Below are positions 24,065 through 28,304 of a stretch of 28,304 bases of DNA, one piece after another. Position 1 is the stretch's first letter. Each line of letters begins with the position of its first letter. The stretch comes from a virus (taxonomy: Duplodnaviria; Caudoviricetes), in the IMG/VR virus record IMGVR_UViG_3300027668_000074, positions 1 through 28,304 of that record; one strand, 5' to 3'. The position numbers were made by a program, and so were the translations under genes. The notes under the pieces are model-generated. The model had not been told where the DNA came from, did no database searches, and saw only the letters and a list, made by a program, of their open reading frames with translations.

Positions 24065-25624
24065 TTAATCGCTATATGTCCAGCCAGCACCCTCGGAGGC
24101 TGTTGCTGTTGTTAAAAAAGTTAGAGCAGCTCCAGAGTTTGCCCAACCAGTATTTGTCCAATCTGCGCCATATTTAATTAAATAAGTTTGCCCAGAAGCA
24201 TTGTCGCTAGTTCTTGCATTGTCAAAAGTCATATTAAGCTGGCTAGAAGCATTCACATTGAATGGAGCTTGATTTTTATAAACTTGAACCGCCCAACCTA
24301 CCAAAGTATCAGTATAATTTTCGGTGCTCATGCCGCTATTACTAAAACACCCTACCATATTTGCATTTTCGTTTCCAGTACCGCTTGTATTCCAATCTGG
24401 GCTAATAACCCAAGCACTAAGATTTTGATTAAATGCAGTTGCGTATAGAAAAACACCAGTAAATCCAGTTAAATAACTGCCTAATCCACAATTTGAAGTG
24501 TTCCAGCCAGAAATATCTCTATTAAATTTTGGTGCATACGAGAACATATTGTAAATAGATATGCAATTACTGGAAACGTTCCAAGTACTTAAATCAGCAT
24601 TAAAATTTGAGCAACCATAAAAACTACTCCTGAAATTAGTGACTGATGTAACGTCCCAAGCTGTATAACTTGAGCCAGTTGGCGAGTCTGCTGCTGATAT
24701 TACTTTAGTTGCACAATCAAGAATACTAGCTTTTACTCCATAAAACATATTTAACATTTTCAAAAGACTAGAAGTGTTAAATTTTGAAACTTTTATTTCT
24801 GTTAAACCAGCTTTGTCAACAAACATAAAAAGATTGCTAGAGATTGTCACATTTGAAGTGTCCCAACTTGATACATCAATCACGCCAGAAACGCTGCCAG
24901 CTGTAATAAAATTCCTGTTTGCATAAAACATACTAGTTAAATTCGTCGCATTACTAATATCTAAAGTTGGCAAACTTGGGTAACTAATGTTTTCTGTATT
25001 TTGATAAAAAGCAGAGACGAAAGTTGTTGGTCTTGAAGCAAGAAACTTAGGCTTGTCAGTTTCAATCCATTGACAATAAGGCATAAAAGAATTACCTCCC
25101 AAGCTATTTAATAATCCATCTCCCCATTGAACAAACTCACAAACCATATAGCCAGGTTTTATTGAGTCACCAGCTGCATTTGTTTGATATGGATAAAACC
25201 CCCAAATTTTTAGATTTGTAGCTTCGTCTTTTTTGCCTACTTTAACAGTGTAAAGAGATTTATTTACATCAGTGTATGTGTGTCCAATGTGTTGGTTATT
25301 TCCATTCCCTACATTTACTAATTCAATTGTCCCATCTCCCCAATCAATAGTAATATTTTCATTTGTATTTTGAGTTGCATTGAAGTAAAACTCAAATCTA
25401 TAAGGGTAATCTGTTTGTTTTGGGTCTTTCGTTACATCAATATTATATATTCTTTGTGTTAAGTCGCTAGAACCTCCAGAACAACCAGAAATATCAGTAT
25501 CTCCAGACCAGCTTGCAGCAACAGAGCTATCCTTTTGAGATTTACCCCAGTTGTTTGTAGTAGTACACGCAGCACTTCCAAATCCAATGGTATTATTTTT
25601 TGCTCCTTTTCCCCAGTCACTCAT
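24065..25624 (-). CDS. DUF285/BspA-like repeat protein, putative tail fibre/receptor-binding
   Basis: PKD-like 'IDWGDG...HTY'; repeats WDTSNVT, WDVTSVTNF, FNADLSTWNVS, FNRDISGWNTS, FNQNLSAW; 'ENYTDTLVGWA'. Confidence 0.75.
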   Translation of the reverse strand: MSDWGKGAKNNTIGFGSAACTTTNNWGKSQKDSSVAASWSGDTDISGCSGGSSDLTQRIYNIDVTKDPKQTDYPYRFEFYFNATQNTNENITIDWGDGTIELVNVGNGNNQHIGHTYTDVNKSLYTVKVGKKDEATNLKIWGFYPYQTNAAGDSIKPGYMVCEFVQWGDGLLNSLGGNSFMPYCQWIETDKPKFLASRPTTFVSAFYQNTENISYPSLPTLDISNATNLTSMFYANRNFITAGSVSGVIDVSSWDTSNVTISSNLFMFVDKAGLTEIKVSKFNTSSLLKMLNMFYGVKASILDCATKVISAADSPTGSSYTAWDVTSVTNFRSSFYGCSNFNADLSTWNVSSNCISIYNMFSYAPKFNRDISGWNTSNCGLGSYLTGFTGVFLYATAFNQNLSAWVISPDWNTSGTGNENANMVGCFSNSGMSTENYTDTLVGWAVQVYKNQAPFNVNASSQLNMTFDNARTSDNASGQTYLIKYGADWTNTGWANSGAALTFLTTATASEGAGWTYSD

Positions 25625-25628
25625 ATCT

Positions 25629-26135
25629 TTAATTTAAAACCCACCCTCCAAAATTATCTTGTGATTCTGGAGAAATATCTTCATTTGAATTAGTATAATA
25701 TTCACTAAACTTGCTAGAAGCATTATAATTCAAATAGTCAATTAACCTTGTACTGTAATATTGAGCCGAATCACGTTCTTTTTCAACTAAATAATCAATC
25801 TCATCTCTAGATAAACTTTGCGCGTTTTCAGCATTGTTTCTGTATATGCCACCATTTCCAATTGTTATGCTTAAATAGGGGAGCGCATACATCATTGAGT
25901 AGTGAATTAAACAAGGTTTAATATACGTGTCAACTAATTCTAAATAATCTCCTGTCAATGTGTTTCCAGTAATATCAGATTTTAGTTTTTCGTATAAATC
26001 CGTACCAATCAACCTTTGAACATCAATGTCCTGCGCCATCTGTATTGACGGAAGTAGCTTGTCCGTATCGACGTTCCCATTTGCCCCTGTAAAAGTCAAT
26101 AAATCCTTTCTTTGTATGAATAAAACTTTGCCCAT
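25629..26135 (-). CDS. Putative head-tail adaptor
   Basis: 168 aa helical protein directly after portal; 'AQDIDVQRLIGTDLYEKL', 'YIKPCLIHY'. Confidence 0.55.
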   Translation of the reverse strand: MGKVLFIQRKDLLTFTGANGNVDTDKLLPSIQMAQDIDVQRLIGTDLYEKLKSDITGNTLTGDYLELVDTYIKPCLIHYSMMYALPYLSITIGNGGIYRNNAENAQSLSRDEIDYLVEKERDSAQYYSTRLIDYLNYNASSKFSEYYTNSNEDISPESQDNFGGWVLN

Positions 26136-27911
26136 TTATTTTTTCTTTTTAGTTCTTGGGTTTTTATAACCATGATTAGGCATGTCGTAAGGTCGCATTG
26201 CTACTTTTTTGTCATTATCTTCGTATTTAGCAGCTTTTCTTTCTCCATCGGCTATTGGTAATGAATTAATCATTTTTCTAGCTTGCCCAACGCTAATTTT
26301 TTTGTTGTTTCTTCTTAAATATATGTTACGAATCCAGCCATGTTTACAGTTTGCTCCGCCCTTGTAGAGCCAAATATTATAAGTAGATTGACCAGTAGCT
26401 GCTAACTCAGAATTGGCAGAGCTTTCTTTGTCTAAATCTTCTTTTCTATAAACTTTTTTAGCTTTTACCATTTTTCGACAAAACTCTCTTCCGTTTTTGC
26501 TTACTTCTGCTGGAAAATACTTGTATCTAACCTTAAATAATGAGGTGTCCTGTTTGCTTTTTTTAGCTGGACTTGACTTTAAAACATTTGCAAACTCAAA
26601 ATGACTCAAAATACCATCTTCATTTTCTGTTGCTTCTTGTGTGTCAATTAGCTCATATCCTTCAATATCCTCGTCCTCGCCGCTTTTAATTAACTCTTCT
26701 GCTAATATGTTAAGTTCTTCATCTTTTAACCCTTTAAAACAAGTTTTATGAGACAGCATTTCAATCTCTGTTTCTTCATCTACCTTAACGCCAGTTTCTT
26801 CTTCAATTTCATCGTCATTTCCGACAATGTTTATGTCCATAAAATCCAATGGGTCTAATGTTTTAAAATATAGATTTAAAGCAATTCCGTTTGCTTCCAA
26901 TATCTCATCTAAACTTTCTATAATTAAATCTTGATAAGGCTTTATGGTTGTGTTGCTAAACAGTTTTTGAGCGTTTTGTATCTCTTCGGCATTGCTACCC
27001 AACCCACCGCCAGACAAATCTCTTAAACCAACTAATAATGGGCTGGTTATTCTGTGGGTTAGCATTATTTTTTTAGAACATTCCTCACTTAAAAAACTGT
27101 AATGCTCTGGAGCATTATTTAAAGGGATGTCATCGACTGTTGTCTTTTGCTCACTCGAATGATTGAATGCGACAATTACTTTTTCTCCAAAACCCCCAGA
27201 AAGTTTGTTCATTACTTGGGATTTTATGGATTGCATTTTTTCTTCCGATGGGATTCCGCTGTTGAAATTAATCACTTTAGTGCCAGAAAAAGAGTTTTGT
27301 GCATCGTTGATTAAATAATCTGAAATTTCGGATTCTAACGTGGCGTAAGAAGTAGTATAATCGGCTGGACTATAATAAAAATATCCAGTTACATATCTTC
27401 TTATAATAAAAACTTCGTTTCCTTTTCCTTTTGTGCCAAATACAGGAATTTTAGTTAACTCTGTTGTTCTGTTAACTTTACTCCAGTCAGAAGCATAATA
27501 ATAATTTAAAATATCTCCATTCTCATTGCATTTTTCAGCTCTTAATGTTTCTCTTGGAAAATGTTGTATTTTATCTATTTTACTGCCTTTGTAAGTTATT
27601 TGTAAAGCAGCTTCTCCCAGCATTTTTAAATCTAATGTTAGCTTTTTTAAATCTTTGTTTTTTAATAAACTTTTCATCTGAGCAAATTGCTCTGGCTTTT
27701 CGCTTGCATCTGTCGCCTCTAATCCTCTTCCAAATATTTGTTGTGATATTCCAGTAATAACACTTTGGTTTGTTGTGCTATTCATAAAACAGTCAATAAG
27801 GTTTTGGTAATAATTATTGTTATCGCCAATACCAATCCAATCTCTGTTTGTTTCTTCAGTTATTGTCGGTTTATCGTATTGCCCTAGTTCTATTAAATGT
27901 AAATTGTTCAT
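26136..27911 (-). CDS. Portal protein with C-terminal extension
   Basis: 591 aa; 'IGDNNNYYQNLID', 'IFGRGL', 'HRITSPLLVG', 'TIKPYQDLIIE'; acidic linker then Cys/His domain. Confidence 0.78.
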   Translation of the reverse strand: MNNLHLIELGQYDKPTITEETNRDWIGIGDNNNYYQNLIDCFMNSTTNQSVITGISQQIFGRGLEATDASEKPEQFAQMKSLLKNKDLKKLTLDLKMLGEAALQITYKGSKIDKIQHFPRETLRAEKCNENGDILNYYYASDWSKVNRTTELTKIPVFGTKGKGNEVFIIRRYVTGYFYYSPADYTTSYATLESEISDYLINDAQNSFSGTKVINFNSGIPSEEKMQSIKSQVMNKLSGGFGEKVIVAFNHSSEQKTTVDDIPLNNAPEHYSFLSEECSKKIMLTHRITSPLLVGLRDLSGGGLGSNAEEIQNAQKLFSNTTIKPYQDLIIESLDEILEANGIALNLYFKTLDPLDFMDINIVGNDDEIEEETGVKVDEETEIEMLSHKTCFKGLKDEELNILAEELIKSGEDEDIEGYELIDTQEATENEDGILSHFEFANVLKSSPAKKSKQDTSLFKVRYKYFPAEVSKNGREFCRKMVKAKKVYRKEDLDKESSANSELAATGQSTYNIWLYKGGANCKHGWIRNIYLRRNNKKISVGQARKMINSLPIADGERKAAKYEDNDKKVAMRPYDMPNHGYKNPRTKKKK

Positions 27912-27922
27912 TTTGTTTTGGT

Positions 27923-28279
27923 TTAGTTATCGGTGTAGTAAATAAATTCGTTTGCTCCTGTATCATGTTCAGTAAACAAACCATTTGTCATTTCATAGGT
28001 TTTTTCTGGCTGGTTAGTGCAGAAAATCATATCTCTAAAAATTAATTTATTGTCAGTTGTGTTTTTAATTTCTAAAGTGTAGAAAGAGTTTTGTAAAAAT
28101 GTTTGAGTTGTTACGTAAGTATTGTAAAATTTTAAAGCATTTATTGTTGGGTTAGAATCTGTAAAAAGGATTTTATTTTTATTCTCAGATTTTACTACTA
28201 GACTATAGGTTTTAGCTCCAGAAATATCTTCTCTAGGAATAAAATTCATTGTGCCGCCTGTTGTACTTAATATTTGCAT
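27923..28279 (-). CDS. Hypothetical structural-region protein (118 aa)
   Basis: ORF upstream of portal; 'FIPRE', 'FRDMIFCTNQ'. Confidence 0.7.
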   Translation of the reverse strand: MQILSTTGGTMNFIPREDISGAKTYSLVVKSENKNKILFTDSNPTINALKFYNTYVTTQTFLQNSFYTLEIKNTTDNKLIFRDMIFCTNQPEKTYEMTNGLFTEHDTGANEFIYYTDN

Positions 28280-28292
28280 CTTAATATTTTAA

Positions 28293-28304
28293 AAAAAAAG
28301 GGGG
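28293..28304 (-). terminator. Possible 3' half of an intrinsic terminator (truncated)
   Basis: Minus strand CCCC followed by T8 at window edge; 5' arm not visible. Confidence 0.3.

Noticed and set aside
24065-25624. Diversity-generating retroelement target
   Set aside because: No reverse transcriptase and no template/variable repeat pair noticed in the window
3766-28045. Other short plus-strand ORFs in the track (e.g. 8606-8893, 11558-11794, 14345-14602, 24188-24448, 27545-27757)
   Set aside because: Lie opposite well-supported, tightly coupled minus-strand genes; F/L/S-rich composition typical of antisense frames
1-28304. Alternative genetic code (stop-codon reassignment)
   Set aside because: Genes are full length and densely packed under the standard code; TAA, TAG and TGA all serve as stops

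Overview
AT-rich fragment of a temperate tailed (siphovirus-like) phage. The host is most likely Bacteroidota (Flavobacteriia), judged from TTG-N19/20-TAnnTTTG promoters, A-rich leaders without Shine-Dalgarno motifs and a Bacteroidota-type integrase. Almost all genes are on the minus strand. From the right end: portal, adaptor, DUF285 fibre-like protein, lysis genes (amidase, 3TM holin), metallophosphoesterase, then a structured non-coding region with an apparently intact attP (tRNA 3'-end-like core), then integrase and a + strand repressor. An early operon follows (Cro-like, Xis-like, recombination, DUF6291 initiator, DUF3127 SSB-like), then a cluster of tiny ORFs and RNA-like structures. Last come NinG, a sigma-like factor, ParB-like protein, TET/JBP-like dioxygenase, TerS, TerL, a frameshifting chaperone-like pair, neck/tail genes, tape measure and a truncated XkdF-like protease. 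No major capsid gene was recognised; it probably lies outside the window. The most notable items are a ParB-TET/JBP-TerS-TerL packaging-linked DNA-modification module with no partner methyltransferase visible, a -1 frameshift with tandem slippery sites, candidate small RNAs sharing a U-rich linker, a multi-stem RNA-like element, and a helically phased C-tract/G-tract array. All family assignments are by motif recognition; no database searches were run.
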